Positions 1 to 13,500 of a DNA stretch of 64,000 nt are shown one piece after another (position 1 is the stretch's first letter; each line of letters begins with the position of its first letter). Location: positions 367,412,001-367,476,000 of the forward strand of contig CM126202.1 in the NCBI GenBank assembly GCA_052327205.1, written 5' to 3'. The translations under genes were made by a program, and so were the position numbers. The DNA comes from Somniosus microcephalus (lineage: Eukaryota). A model generated the notes under the pieces. That model was not told the DNA's origin, searched no databases, and saw nothing but the letters and a program-made list of their open reading frames with translations.

Positions 1-609
1 ATTGACTTATGATCATCTGCACAATTCCATGTGCATGCAATGTTTATCTCACATGTATAACTCATGCCTTTACTCCCCCACAGGACCATCGACAGCCCCC
101 CTCCCCACTGTCCAGGAGGAAGAGCCTGAGCCGGATGACTCCTCAGAGGACGCTGCAACCTCTGAGGGTGTAGTGTTGGCAGAATTAAGCGCACCCAGCA
201 CCAGCACAGACACTCACACCTCGGTGGGACCTTCGCGACATAGAGTAGTGCTGTCACCTGGTGTAGCACTTCTCACAAGTGAGCATCAGCAGATGGTGGA
301 GACAGCGACAGCAGTGGAGAGTCCTCATCGGAGGGCGCTCCCAGCTCTGCTCAGCTGCATGTGGACCCTGTGCCTTCGGGTCCATCCAGAAGGAGAGCGG
401 TGCTGGAACTCCAGGAACAGGTGCAGGCGTCTCTGGCAGGTTTTGTCTCCAGGGTCACTGCGAGTGTGGAGAGGATGGAGGAGTCCATCGTTAACATGAG
501 CAGAGCATTTGTGGAGGCATTGGCACATGAACGCATCACCACGGAAAGGATGGCAACTTCCATAGAGGAGAGGATGGCTACAGTAGAGCAGAGGATGGCT
601 ATGGCCATG

Positions 610-844
610 TGTGGTGTATGTAACCGTTCCACCTTTAAGAGAACTATTTTAAGAGATGCACTACTTTATCTTGGCTGCTGTATACTGTAATACCGGTGGT
701 GACCACACCGGTATATAAGTGCTGTGTAATGATTTATTGGGCAGTTCAGCCTGACCTTCGACTAGTAAAGACCTGTTGAATTTATTCTTGTGGTCTGTGT
801 GCAGTGATTCTTATTAACAATAATTAGAACACACAGACTTAACA
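610..844 (+). repeat. 5' LTR of Gypsy-1
   Basis: Direct repeat of 5018-5252, no difference found by eye. Inverted repeat taccggtggtgaccacaccggta runs into a TATA-like tatataag. Confidence 0.97.
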
Positions 845-1004
845 GTGGCGATGATGACGATCTTACCCTGCGGCAGAGATATATCCAAGGCAGTTTAACG
901 GGCGTCGAGAAGAGGCATCCACCCTCATCATTCTGCTGAGAAAAGACTCGGGTCTGAAAAGCAAGGAAGAATCCTGACACGAAGCCTTCCATCAGCAACA
1001 GGCA

Positions 1005-4000
1005 GTGATCATCCCTTCTACCACGATTGCGAGGACGCCTAAGCGTGGTAACATCAACGATTTCGATGCCGATGTTGAAGATTGGGCCACATATGTAGAA
1101 CGCATAGAGATATATTGTAAGGCAAATAAAATATCAGATGAAGATAAAGCACTAACCTTACTAAACTCAATGGGTGCGAAGACATACGGGCTATTGAAGC
1201 ATCTTCTATCACCAGCTAAACCGGCGGATCAGGCTTTCGCTAATATTGTTGCTGTCCTGAGAAATCATTTGAACCCTACACCGCTGATGTTAGCGGAACG
1301 ATTTAAATTTTATGCGAGAACGCAACTGAAAGAGGAAAGCAACGCGGAGTATTTAATTGAACTGCGTAAGCTAGCGAAATACTGTCAGTTTGGGGAAAGA
1401 CTGACAGAGGCACTGAGAGACAAATTCGTGTGTGGATTGTCGAAAGAAGGAACACAAAAGCGGCTGCTTGAAGAGAATGATCTTACACTTGATAAGGCTG
1501 TCACTATTGCAGCATCGCACGAAGCCGCAGCGAGAGGCACTGCGGAAATGCAGCTGAAGGCAGCGGTACTCAGCGTAGATCAAATGGCTTTGGGTACAGT
1601 GAAATGTTATCGTTGTGGAAAGACAACACACGATCAGAACCAATGCTGGTTTAAAAATCAGGAATGTAGAAAATGTGGCAAGCTTGGTCACATAGCTAAA
1701 GTATGCCGGTCAGGAAAGAAGACCAGCAACAAAAAGTCACCGCAGGAAAAGTGCAGAAAGGTACATAAGGTGGCTGAGAAGAGTTCGGATGAACAGAATT
1801 CGGATTCAGACTCCAACAGCAAGGAACTGGGTAGTCTGAGAATTCACAATGTGAGTAAGGAAGCTGACCTACAAACTATCTGGGTCACACTTCAGATAGC
1901 AGGAGTCCAAGTGAAGATGGAATTGGACACCGGATCGGCGTTGATGGTCATGAATAAGCAAGATTACAAAAGGTTATTCACACACATTCCCCTATGGGAT
2001 ACGGAGATAGTATTGCAGACATACACGGGGCAAAGAGTATACCCCATCGGAAAGATAAAAGTCAAGGTGGTACACAAGGGCAAAGAACACCAAGGAATGG
2101 ACTTATATGTACTACCTGAGGGAGGTCCACCACTTCTGGGACGGGAGTGGATCAGGAAAATAAATATGGACTGGCACTCCCTAAAAGCAATAACGGTAGA
2201 TTCTGGAAAAAAAGATGTCAAACCTGAACGATTGTCCAGAATATTGGATGAGGCTAAAGAGGTGTTCCAACAGGGACTGGGAACACTGAGAGGAATTACG
2301 GCAAAAATCAAGATTGCAGAACATGCAAACCCAAAATTTTTCAAAGCCAGACCGGTACCTTATGCGATACGACCTGCTGTGGAAGCTGAGCTGGAAGGGC
2401 TAGAACGTTCAGGAGTACTGTCTAAGGTGGACTGGAGTGAGTGGGCCACGCCCATTGTTCCCGTCATGAAGCGTTCATCGAGTAACAAGCCAGGGGAACC
2501 AGGGAAGGTCCGCATCTGTGGAGACTTCAAGATCACGGTTAATCCGGTGCTTCACACGGTGCAATATCCGCTTCCGCAGATTGAGGATATCTTTGCTTCA
2601 TTGTCTGGCGGGAAACACTTCACCAAGATAGACCTGGCGCAAGCGTACTTACAGATGGAAGTTGAGGAAGAGTCGCGCCAGTATCTCACAATCAACACGC
2701 ACAGAGGCTTGTATCGATATAATAGACTGGTTTTTGGAGTGGCTTCGGCTCCAGCAATTTGGCAGAGAGCCATGGAGCAGGTATTACAGGGAATTCCAGG
2801 CACTCAATGTTACTTGGACGATATCCTGATTACAGGAGATGACGATGAGGAACACCTTGCAAATTTGAAACTGGTGCTCACCAGATTGAAGGAATATGGA
2901 CTTCGAGTTAATCGCCAGAAATGTGAGTTCTTTCAGAAACGGATCTCGTACTGTGGTCATGTCATTGACCAGGAGGGGCTGCACAAGTCACCTGACAAGA
3001 TCGAAGCTGTTGTGAAGGCTCCCGCTCTGGAAAATGTATCCCAGTTGAGGTCGTTCCTAGGGTTGATTAACTATTACCATAAGTTTCTGCCAAATCTATC
3101 CACGGTGCTGCACCCGCTGAACGCTCTTTTGCAGAAAGAAGTACCATGGAAGTGGAGCAAGGACTGTAAGAAGGCCTTTCGCAAAAGCAAGGCATTGATC
3201 ACCTCAGAGGAAGTGTTGGCTCACTTCAACCCAACGCTACCTATTCGTTTAGCTTGTGATGCTTCTCCTTATGGTATTGGAGCAGTACTCTCACACAAGT
3301 TGCCAAATGGCTTGGAAAGGCCAGTCGCATTTGCATCCAGATCATTGACCTCCGCTGAGCGCAACTATGCTCAGATAGATAGGGAGGCTCTCAGCCTTGT
3401 GTGGGGAGTAAAGAAGTTTAATCATTACCTGCAGGGCCAGAAGTTTACACTGCTGACAGACCACCAGCCGTTGGTATCCATTTTTAACCCTAAGAAGGGT
3501 GTTTCGGTGATGACAGCACAGAGGCTCCAGAGATGGTCCCTTTTCCTAGGGGCACATCAATATCAGATAGAATTCAAAGGTACAAAGCAGCATGGTAATG
3601 CTGATGGGCTGTCGCGCCTGCCACTACCTACTGAGGAGGAGGCACCGACGGTTGACCTGGTGGAGTTATTTCACTCGGCCATCATCGAATGTTTACCTGT
3701 CACCAATGCAAATATTGAAAGGGAGACTAGGAATGACCCGACACTGTCCCGGGTCTACGAATTGACAGTAAAGGGATGGCCAGCCCATGGTGATCCACTG
3801 TTACCGGCATTCTCAGCAAGACGAGAACAGCTGTCCATCTGTCAGGGAACATTGATGTATGGAACAAGGGTGATTATCCCTCCTAAGTTAAGAGCCTTGC
3901 TAGGGCTTATGTGTGGTGGCCGGGTATTGACCAACAGATGGAGGATCTGACGAAAAGCTGCTCAGGGTGCCAAAAAATTCCAAAATGCACCTCCAATTGC

Positions 4001-4933
4001 ACCGCTGCATCCATGGGAATGGCCTTCAACCCCATGGCAACGTGTACATATTGACTTTGCTGGTCCATTCATGGACTCCATGTTTTTAATTGCGGTGGAC
4101 GCACATTCTAAATGGCCAGAAGTGATTAAAATGACTACCACTACCTCGGAGAAGACGATCGCGGTGCTAAGAACGATATTTGCAAGAAATGGATTGCCAG
4201 AGCAAATATGTTCAGACAACGGACCACAGTTCGTGTCAGAGGAATTCCAGAAATTCCTGAAGAAGAATGGGGTGAAACATTATACCTCTGCCCCATATCA
4301 TCCAGCTACGAATGGGCTGGCCGAGAGGTTTGTACAGACGTTCAAAAGGCAATAAAGGCCATGAGCGAAGATCAGATTCCACTGCAACACAAGGTGGACA
4401 ATTTCCTACTGGCATATCAAAACGCCACCCATGCAACAACAAACCAAAGTCCTGCCATGATGTTCTATAACAGGAGGTTGCGGTCCAGGTTGGACTTGTT
4501 AAAACCAAATGTGCGGAGGGAAGTCGAAAACAAACAGTTCCAGCATATCAATAACAAGCCCACTCGGAGTTTTGAAATAGGACAACCGGTGTTAGCCAGG
4601 GACTATAAAAACGAGAAATGGCAATCTGGAACAATTCGGGCCAGACAAGGACCCCTGATGTACACGGTAGATGTTGGTGAAAACGTAATGCGACGTCATG
4701 CTGACCAACTGGTGGGATCGAGAACAAGGGTCGAGCCCATGGTTACGACAGAGACAACCGTGGAGGAAGTTAGTGAACCTGAAGCATCTACCTCAGAAAT
4801 GAATATACCTGATGATGATGTCCTATCCATAGGGGATCAACTAGATGAGTCACCCCAGCAATGAGAACCAGAGACCCCTGAAAGGCGTTATCCATCTCGG
4901 ATCAGGAGGCCTCCTCAGAGACTGAATCTGTGA
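1005..4933 (+). pseudogene. Gag-Pol polyprotein (2x CCHC, PR, RT, RNase H, IN) with integrase lesions
   Basis: 981-aa ORF with CYRCGKTTHDQNQC and CRKCGKLGHIAKVC knuckles, LDTGS protease, YLDD RT, DASPYG RNase H. Integrase (HIDFAGP, SDNGPQF, NGLAER) is broken by a ~55-nt deletion at ~3893, a 1-nt frameshift at ~4348 and a TGA at 4862. Confidence 0.93.
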
Positions 4934-5017
4934 ACTGTTTTTACATGAAGTTGTGTATATATGTTATTATGTTATGTTAAATGGGGAATATATATTGTTA
5001 AGCTAAAAAGGGAGGAT

Positions 5018-5252
5018 TGTGGTGTATGTAACCGTTCCACCTTTAAGAGAACTATTTTAAGAGATGCACTACTTTATCTTGGCTGCTGTATACTGTAATA
5101 CCGGTGGTGACCACACCGGTATATAAGTGCTGTGTAATGATTTATTGGGCAGTTCAGCCTGACCTTCGACTAGTAAAGACCTGTTGAATTTATTCTTGTG
5201 GTCTGTGTGCAGTGATTCTTATTAACAATAATTAGAACACACAGACTTAACA
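5018..5252 (+). repeat. 3' LTR of Gypsy-1
   Basis: Matches 610-844 and is followed by TSD ccatg. Confidence 0.97.
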
Positions 5253-6041
5253 CCATGGAGGAGCTAAGTCGCCAGAGTGTTGAAAACATGGTGATTGGTC
5301 AGAATAGACGGACATCTCTGGAGGGGTGATGGGCAGCTATTGAGCAGAGAAACCAGAGCTTCATGGAAGTCCTCTAGAGTAGGACTGCCAGTGCAGTAAC
5401 AGGTGCTCATGGCCCCCCTGAAGTGCTGTCAAGCCACTTGCTAGCTCTGAGGTGGGGCTGACCCATGAGAGGGATGTTGGTGGCAGACAACAAGGAAGTG
5501 GGGGCTCCTCTCCAAGCGCTCACACTCTCATGCCACTGCGGAGCCCTCGGTCAGAGCCCCACCAGAGTCCTCACCCAACTGAGATGGGCGTCTCATCCCC
5601 TGCACAGATGCAGGAGCAGCAGACTTTTGGCGAGCCCTCACAGGCTCACAACCCCAGAGGATGCCCGCCAAAGGCGTCGAGGCAGGAGCAGCATGAAAGT
5701 GAGCAAGGGGCCTCCACATCTGCTGAAGCCACAGGGAAGTACCACATAGGGGCATGCATAAGAGGAAGTTAGAGCACAAGTAGTCACAAGGGTAGTCACT
5801 TGGGTGTTCTATTGTGTTTAATTGTTAAATGCCATCCTTTAGTCAATGTAATCAAATGAAGTGATGGCAAACTGTTGAAGTTCTTGGCTGTGTCATTTTG
5901 CAAATGGCAGTTCCACATTGAGGGCTCAGGGTGACTTGGATTTGTCATGATGGTGGTCAGAGTGATAGGAAGCCATAGGTTCTTGTCCATTGTCTATGGT
6001 GTGGTAAGAAGGTGCAAGCCAAATGTGTTTCATTGGAGAAC

Positions 6042-7176
6042 CTAAGCAAATCTGGTCAAGATGAGTGCATCCCTTGTATCCCAGGCAGCAATGTGCTCAC
6101 GTGCTGCTGCCGCTGGTTTATGCGCCTCCATAAGATCTTTGTTCTCGTTCTCTTCCTCATCTGAGGAGGCTATGTGCTGAACCATTTGTCCCGCAGGCAG
6201 CTGCAAGCCACGATGCTGTGCGATGTTGTGAAGTGCACAGCAGGCCACGATGATTCTAGAGACCCTGGCTGCTGAGTACTGCAGGGCTCCACCTGATCTA
6301 TCAAGGCATCTGAATTGCATCTTCAGCAAGCCGATGGTTTGCTCGATAATGGATCTGGTGGAAATGTGGCTGGAGTTGTAGCGCTCCTCAGCTTCGTTGG
6401 ATGGCCTCCTGAATGGCATCATTAGCCACATCTTCAGGCAGCCATCTGGAAGGTTGGTTTGGCGAAATGAAGAGCGGAGACACACTAGACTGCCGTAGGA
6501 TGAAGGATTCATGGCAACTGCCAGGGTACTTGCCGCAAACATGCAAAATGTCCTTCTTGTGGTTACACACCAGCTGCACGCTGAGGGAGTGGAAGCCCTT
6601 GCGGTTGACAAATTACCTGGATTATGATGGGGTGCCTTAAGGGCCACATGCTTGATCTGTGGAGAAGTGGATGTAATTGTGTGCCTTTGCAAAGAGGGCA
6701 TTGGTAACCTGCATGATGCAAGTGTGTGCGGCTGACTGGGAGATGCCGCTGATGTCTGTTGATGGTCCCTGGAACGAGCTTGAAGCAAAAAATGTGAGTG
6801 CGGTGGTGACTTTTACAGCCACTGGTAAGGGGTGTCCACCCGCTCCTCTGGGCTCCAGGTGTTGGCGCAGCATTGCACAGAAGTCACCCACTACCTCTCA
6901 CGAAAGTCTCAGCATCCTTTGGCACTGCTGCTCAGTCATGTTGAGGAAGCTCATCCTCATCCTGTAAACCCTGTTTTGGGGGTATCTTCTGTGGCGATGT
7001 GCTTCCCTGTGTTGGCGTCTTCTGGCCTGTGCAGCTTCAGGTGGGTGAGCATCAGCTTGGCGCTCCTGTTGTTGCTCCTGCTGTTGGTGCTGCTGCTGTC
7101 CCTGGTTCTGCTGCTGTTGCGGCTGGTCTTCGTCTGAATCTGAGATCCAGGAGGAAAGGAAATAAATGGTTCCCTT
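6042..7176 (-). pseudogene. HARBI1-like (DDE_Tnp_4) transposase, decayed
   Basis: Motifs [67 protein letters not shown]. Deletions remove both the GxIDCT and GDKGY catalytic motifs. The start codon of copies 2 and 3 reads AAG here. Confidence 0.9.
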
Positions 7177-7892
7177 GCTGCTGGTATATACCTCAATTGA
7201 GGAAGTGCTCAGTCAATGTGGGGAGAGGATTTTCCCAGGAGATCAAAGGGGAGATGGATCTCAGCTTCACCACATCCAAAATCAGTAGACCTGCAAAAAG
7301 TTCTCCAAGACCTGAGAAAACAAAGTTCTGCCACCTGCAACTGATCCTTGTTGAAACTTCGTTTTTATGGTGGAGCTGCAGCTGTTAGGAAGCCAGCCAC
7401 TTGTGAACCCAACAGGATTAGCTGGCATGTTTCAGGAGAGACGTGCAGCACACAGGAAATGTGGCAAAATTTGAAAGGCCTCTCAAAATGGGATTATAAA
7501 AGTCGTTAAGTAGCTGTTAAGTGCCTTAAGGGCCTATCCCACCGCTAAGAGGTGGGACCGAAATGGAGTCTGCAAGCCCGCCTTTGGGAAAGTTGCACGG
7601 AGGCAGGTTGATGGCGGGATCAGAACCCACCATTATTTTTTACAACTTTCCCACCTGACCCGCCCTCAAACTCGCCTCCTCAGGGCTGGTAAAATCCAGC
7701 CTTGTGTCCTCCTCACAACTTGCTTTCCCACCTATCTTTGATCATCAGCAAATTTGGTAACAGTACACTTAGTCCCTTCATCCAAGTCATTAATATAGAT
7801 TGTAAGTAGTTGAGGCCCCAGCACTGTACCCTGTGGCACCCCACTAGTTACAGTTTGACAACCGGAAAATGACCCATTTATCCCGACTCTTT

Positions 7893-8726
7893 GGGTGTGA
7901 TTTTGCCAATGGTGGCACGTTGGAGGTGGGACTGCTGCTTGTCGGGTTTTAGTCCCGCCTCCATTGACTTGTGGCCAACCCACACTATTTTCCCTTGATT
8001 GACCTTGTTAAGCCAACCCGGCGGGTCAATTAAGGAGAAGCCAATTACAGAGAACGTCAGCGTATGACGTTTCATCTGTCAAAATTTTTTGACAAATGAA
8101 TTGTCATCGTTTGACAGCTCTGTGAAGCTGTCAAACACTGACATTCTCTGTTGTTTGATGAGTCCTAGTATTCAAGACTCATCAAACCTATCTGCTGAGC
8201 GAAAATCAGATGACTGTTGCATTGGAGAATGCAGTAGCCATCTGTCATCTCTGCTGCGGAGTTGCCGGAGTCTCCGGTTCCCCAACTGTTGAAGCCTGCA
8301 GGAAGAAACAAAGGTAAGTAAACATTTTCTATCACTTTTCACTCACCTCACATATTTACCCCTCCACACTTTCACCCATCACTCACTTCCACAGTGCACT
8401 TTTGGACCCCTCCGACCCCCGCAGACCCACTGCTCGCCTCACTGACCCTGGCAGGGTTTCCCGATGTCGGGAAGCCTGCACCTCTGCTGGAAAAATGGGG
8501 ATAATTCTCTTAACTGCCTGTTAATTACCTGTTAACAGGTAGTTAAGTGACTGTAATCCCCTTCCCACCTCCAGGAGATGGGACCCGGTGCAAGTCAGGT
8601 ACCCGCCTCCTGGGAAGATGGTACGGAGGCGGGTTGGGGCGGGATTGGTACTCGCCCCCAGATTCTGCCATTTTCCCAGCAGTCCCACCTCCAAACACGT
8701 CTCCCCAGGGCTGGCAAAATTGCCCC
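7893..8726. mobile_element. Non-autonomous Harbinger-type element (MITE family B)
   Basis: Imperfect TIR ggtgtgattttgcca / tggcaaaattgcccc. Internal blocks (ttgattgaccttgttaagcc, ttaacaggtagttaa) are shared in inverse orientation with 59655-60498. It interrupts CR1. TSD is ambiguous. Confidence 0.8.
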
Positions 8727-9138
8727 TGTAGTCTTCTGTTAGTTAGCCAATCCTCTATCCATGCTAATATATTACCCCCAACCCCGTGAGCTCTTATCTT
8801 GTGCAGTAACCTTTTATGTGGCACCTTATCGAATGCCTTCTGGAAATCCAAATACACTGGGCTGGATTTTGTCATTGGGGCAGGCTGGGGTCGTGTCATC
8901 TGCTTTTCGTGTTATCCACCCGATTCCAAATCGATGTGGGAGATTGATGCAATTTTCACAAAATTGGGAAACTGAGTTCCAGCATGTGGGAACCCATGGC
9001 CCATTTAGTTTTTTCAGTCTGAAACTTGCCTCCGACGACATCATCATAGCTGCTGCATTTAAGGTCTACAAGAAGCCTTGCTTCTTCTGCAGACTGCCAA
9101 ACTTTTGGCCCTTGCAGTGAGAGGGACCTGGAGGCAGA

Positions 9139-11031
9139 ATGAGCAGTGGGAGACCTAAGTCTGCTCTCAGATTTGATGACGTCGCCCTGCAAGCTTTGGT
9201 GGAGGGAGCAAGAGCTAGTAAGGTGGTGCTCTTCCCTTCAGAGAGGAAGAAGCCTCCTCAGCAGACGAAGGCTGTGTGGATCCACGTGGCCCAGGAGGTC
9301 ATCTCGTTGTTGATGATCCGCAGAACCTGGCTTCAGTGCAGGAAGAGCTTTCATGACATTCTGTGCACTGGAAAAGTGAGTATGACTTTGCCATCACCCT
9401 CAATCTGATCCTCAATGCCTCTCCTCACCAGCACTCAGCTTTAGCAACCTCTTCCTCCACATCCCACTTGACACTGACATTCCTGCATGCTTACCCATTA
9501 CCTCTCTCTCTATGGTCACATTCACCTAACTATTCGACTATGAAGCCCTCACACTCCCTATCACTGTGATGCTATGAAAACAACTTACAAAACTCAGGGA
9601 GGGCCTTGGCCTTGCCAACTCACTCCATCTTTGTCTCCTTCTAAGCATCTATTCTATGGATTCCCTACACTCACTCTTTCATTCTCACTCAAACTCCACT
9701 TGTCTCCCTCATTGCAGGAAAAGAGAGCTCACAATAAGAGGGAAAGAGCGAGGACAGGAGGAGGCCCACACTCAGTAGCCCCCCTCACCCCTTGGGTGGA
9801 GGTGGTCCTGGAGATCGTGGAACTCGAGAACGATGCGCAAGTGGGTGCATTAGAGAAAGCTGGTGACAGAATAGTTTTTATCTCTCTCATTGACATTGCA
9901 TGAGTCGCTGATAATGAATCTGATGCTCTAGCAGATGGACTTATGATCATCTGCAATATGCAATGTGCATGTAACCTTGGCCTCACATCTCTGACTCTTT
10001 CCTTTACTCCACCACAGGACCATTGCAAGCACCCATCCCCACTATCCAGGAGGAACAGCCTGAGCCTCCAGACTCCTCAGAGGAAGCTACAACCTCTGAG
10101 GACGCAGAATTTAGCCAACCCAGCACCAGCGCAGTCACTCACACCTCGGTGGGACCATTGCGGGATAGAGTACTGTTGTCACCTGGTGTATCACAGCTCA
10201 CAAGTGAGCATCAGCAGATTGTGGAGACAGGGACAGCAGTGGAGAGTCCTAGTTGGAGGGCATACGACGCTCCCAGCTCGGCTCAGCTTCATGTCGACAC
10301 TCTGCCTCTGGGTCCATCCAGAAGAACAGGTTTTGTCTTCAGGGTCGCTGCGAGTGTGTAGTGAATGGAGGAGTCCATCGCAAACATGAGCAGAGACTTT
10401 GTGGAGTCATTGGCGCATGAACACAGCACCACGGAAAAGATGGCAACCTCCATGAAAAGGATGGCTACAGTAGACGAGAGGATGACTACAGCCATGGAGG
10501 AGCTAAGTCGCAAGAGTGTAGAAAACATGGTGAATGTTCAGAATCAACTGACATCTCTGGAGTAGCGATGGTCAGCTATTGAACAGAGAAACCAGACCTT
10601 CATGGAAGTCTTTCTGAGTAGGAATGCCAGTGCAGATACTGGTCCCCATGGCCCCGCTGATGTGCAGCAAGGTGCTCTCAAGCCACTTGCAAGCACTTAG
10701 GTGGACCTAACCCATGAGAGGGATGTTGGTGGCAGGGAACAAGGAAGTGGGGGCTCCTCTCCAAGTGCTCACACTTCCATGCCACTGCCAAGCCCTCGGT
10801 CAGAGCCCCACCAGAGTCCCCACCCAACTGAGATCAGCGTCTCAACCACTGCACAATCGCAGGAGTAGCAGACAGTTGCCGAGCCCTCACAGGTTCGCAA
10901 CCCCAGAGGACGCCCGCCAAAGGTGTCGTGACAGGAGCGGCAAGAAAGTGAGCAAGGGGCCTCTACATCTGCTGAAGCTACAGGGGAAGCACCACGTAGG
11001 AGCACGCGTAAGAGAGATACTGCACAAATAG
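9139..11031 (+). pseudogene. Three-exon Myb/SANT-like ORF2 (exons 9139-9375, 9718-9862, 10018-~11031)
   Basis: RFDDVALQALVEG...WIHVAQEV...RTWLQCRKSFHD trihelix. Donor aaa|gtgagt, acceptor ttgcag|gaa giving ERARTGGGP, acceptor ccacag|gac. The second donor (gtgaca) is weak. Exon 3 contains stops. Confidence 0.85.
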
Positions 11032-11285
11032 TCACAAGGTTAGTTACTTGGGTGAAATGTGTTTATTTTTAAAATGCCATTAGTTGGTTATTGTAAATAA
11101 AAATTCTGATGGCAACTATTGCAGTTGTGGCATGTGTCATTTCGCTAATGGAACTTCCACACTGAGGGCTTAGGATTACTTGTAATTGTCAGTATGGTGA
11201 TCAGAGTGCTATGAATCCGCTGGTTCTTTGCCATTGTCGATGCTCTGGTAAGATGCTGCGAGGCAAAAGTGCATGATTGGCTAGG

Positions 11286-12505
11286 CTAAGCAAATCTGGC
11301 CAAGATGAGTGCGTTCCTTGCATCCTGGGCAGCAATGCTCACGCATACTTCTGCCACTGGTTGATGGGCCTCTGCAAGATGTTTGTTTTTGCTCTCCTCC
11401 TCCTCCTCCTCCTCCTCCTCATCTGAGGACGATATGTGAGGAGCCACTTGATCCTCAGGAATCTGCAAGCCACGACGCTGTGCCAAGTTGTGAAGTGCAC
11501 AGCAAACCACGATAATTCTGGAGACCCTGGGTTCTGAGTACTTCAGGGCTCCACCTGATCTATCCAGGCATCTGAAGCGCATCTTGAGCATGCCGATGGT
11601 TTGCTTGATTATGGATCTGGTGGAAATGTGGCTGTAGTTGTAGCTCTCCTCAGCTTCGTTGGATGGGCTCCTCAACGGCGTCATTAGCCACGTCTTCAGG
11701 GGATAGCTATCCATTAAATTGGTCTGGCGGACTGAAGAGTGGAGGCATACTAGACTGGCGCAGTATGAAGGAGTCATGGTAACTGCCAGGGTACTTGGCA
11801 CCAACATGCAAAATTTCCTTCTTGTGGTCACACACCAGCTGCACATTGAGGGAGTGGAAGCCCTTGCGGTTGACAAAAATGCCTGGATTGCAATGGGGTG
11901 CCTTATGGGCCACATGTGTGCAGTCAACGACACCCTGCAGCCTTGGAAAGCCTGCCAGATTAGCTAATTCAACCGCACATGCCGTGGCACTTGCTTGATC
12001 CTTGGTGAAATTGATGTGATTGTGCGCGATGGCAAAGAGGGCATCAGTTACCTGCGTGATGCAAGTGTGCGCGGCCACCTGGGAGACACCGCTGATGTCT
12101 GCTGCTGATCCCTGGAATGAGCCTGAAGCAAAAAAGGTTGAGTGCGGTGGTGACTTTGATGGCCACTGGTAAGGGTTGTCCACCTGCTCCTCTGGGCAGC
12201 AGGTCTTGCTGCACCATTGCGCAGATGTCACCCACTACCTCTTGAGAAAGTCGGAGCCGCCTTTGGCACTGCTGCTCACTCATGCTGAGGTAGCTGATCC
12301 TCTGTCTGTAGACCCTGTATGTGGGGTATCTCCTGCGCCAGCGGGCTTCCATGGGCTGGCACCTTCTGGCCTGTGCAGCTTCAGGTGGGTGAGCAGCAGC
12401 TTGGCGCACCTGTTGTTGCCGCTGTTGTTCATAGTCCTGCTGCTGCCGTGGCTAGTCTTCACCCGAATCTGATGTCCAGAAGGAAAGGAAATAAATGGTT
12501 CCCAT
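11286..12505 (-). pseudogene. HARBI1-like transposase, decayed
   Basis: Q-rich N-terminus, [53 protein letters not shown]. Frameshifts present and the GDKG motif is deleted at ~11707. Confidence 0.92.
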
Positions 12506-13500
12506 ACTTCTGGTAGATACCTCAGTTGAGGAAGCGCTCAGTCAAGGTGGCGAGAGGGGTTTTCCAGGAGGTCACACTGGAGATGGGTGTCAGGCTCCAA
12601 ACTTCCACAGCTATGGTTATGCCTGCTAAAAGTTCCCCCAGACCTGAGACAACAAAGTCCTGCCACCTGTAAATGATGACTGATCAAATCTCCTATTTAA
12701 TGGTGGAGCTGCAGCTGATAGTCAGCAATCCAATTGTGCTCCTGCCAGGTTTCACGGTTGTGTTTCAGAGGAGACGTGAATCACGTGGGAAATTTGTTAA
12801 AATTGGAAAGGCCTCTCAAAATGGGATTATAGAGGCAATTTAGTGGTTGTTAAGGACCTTAAGGGCCTATCCCGCCTCTTGGAGGCGGGACGGAGACGGG
12901 ATCAGAAACCACGCATTTGGGAAAATTGTATGGAGGCGGGGTCAGGCCTGCCCGCCACTTTCTGCAATTTTAACACCCCACATGCCTCCATTCCCACCTC
13001 CTCGGGCTTGGCAAAATCCAGCCACTACGTCTGTTGGTTCCCCTTTATCCTCCCTGCTCATTACATCCTCAAAGAACTCTGGTAAATTTGTCAAATACGA
13101 TTTCCCTTTCATAAAACCATGTTGACTCTGCTTGATTGTATTATGATTTTCTAAATGTCCTGGTATTACAGCCTTAATAATGGATTCCAGCATTTTCCCA
13201 ATGACAGATGTTAGGCTAACTGGCCTATAGTTTCCTGCTTTTTGCCTCCCTCCTTTCTTGAATAGGGGCGTTACATTTGCGGTTTTCCAAACCGCTGGGA
13301 CCTCTCCAGAATCCATGGAATTTTGGTGGATTACAACCAATGCATCCACTATCTCTGCAGCCACTTCTTTTAAGGCCCTGGGATATAGGCCATCCGGTCC
13401 AAGGGACTTGTCAGCTTTTAGTCCCATTAGTTTGCCTAGTACTTTTTCTCTAGTGATAGTCATTGTTTTAAGTTCCTGCCTCCCTATAGCCCCTACACAA

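Larger units (their letters stand above)
610..5252 (+). mobile_element. Gypsy (Mag-like) LTR retrotransposon 1, full length
   Basis: 235-bp TG...CA LTRs at 610-844 and 5018-5252, 5-bp TSD ccatg (605-609, 5253-5257), PBS-like tggcgatgatga at 846 (resembles the tRNA-Ser GCU-type tggcgacgagga), PPT aaaaagggagga before the 3' LTR. Confidence 0.97.
83..5783 (+). pseudogene. Harbinger ORF2 (Myb/SANT partner) exon 3, split by Gypsy-1 at 610-5252
   Basis: Acceptor ccccacag|gaccatcg, acidic TVQEEEPEPDD segment, coiled-coil-like ERMEESIVNMSRAFVEAL. MAMAM|EEL reads across the ccatg TSD. Homologous to 10018-11031. Confidence 0.75.
1..7701. mobile_element. PIF/Harbinger DNA transposon copy 1 (left end outside window; interrupted by Gypsy-1)
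   Basis: Myb/SANT-gene exon 3 on +, decayed HARBI1-like transposase on -, right TIR aaaatccagcc at 7691-7701. Colinear with copies 2 and 3. CR1 sequence starts immediately after. Confidence 0.88.
8859..13023. mobile_element. PIF/Harbinger transposon copy 2, full length
   Basis: TIRs gggctggatttt (8859) / aaaatccagcc (to 13023), 3-bp TSD act, convergent Myb/SANT (+) and transposase (-) genes, inserted in CR1 RT. Confidence 0.95.
7702..13494 (-). mobile_element. CR1 LINE ORF2 (RT) fragment in pieces 7702-7892, 8727-8858, 13024-13494
   Basis: KSLGPDGLYP, NYRPVSLTS, SQHGFMKGKS, YLDFQKAFDKVPH, SGVPQGTVLGP, KFADD read colinearly across two Harbinger-type insertions. Confidence 0.9.
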
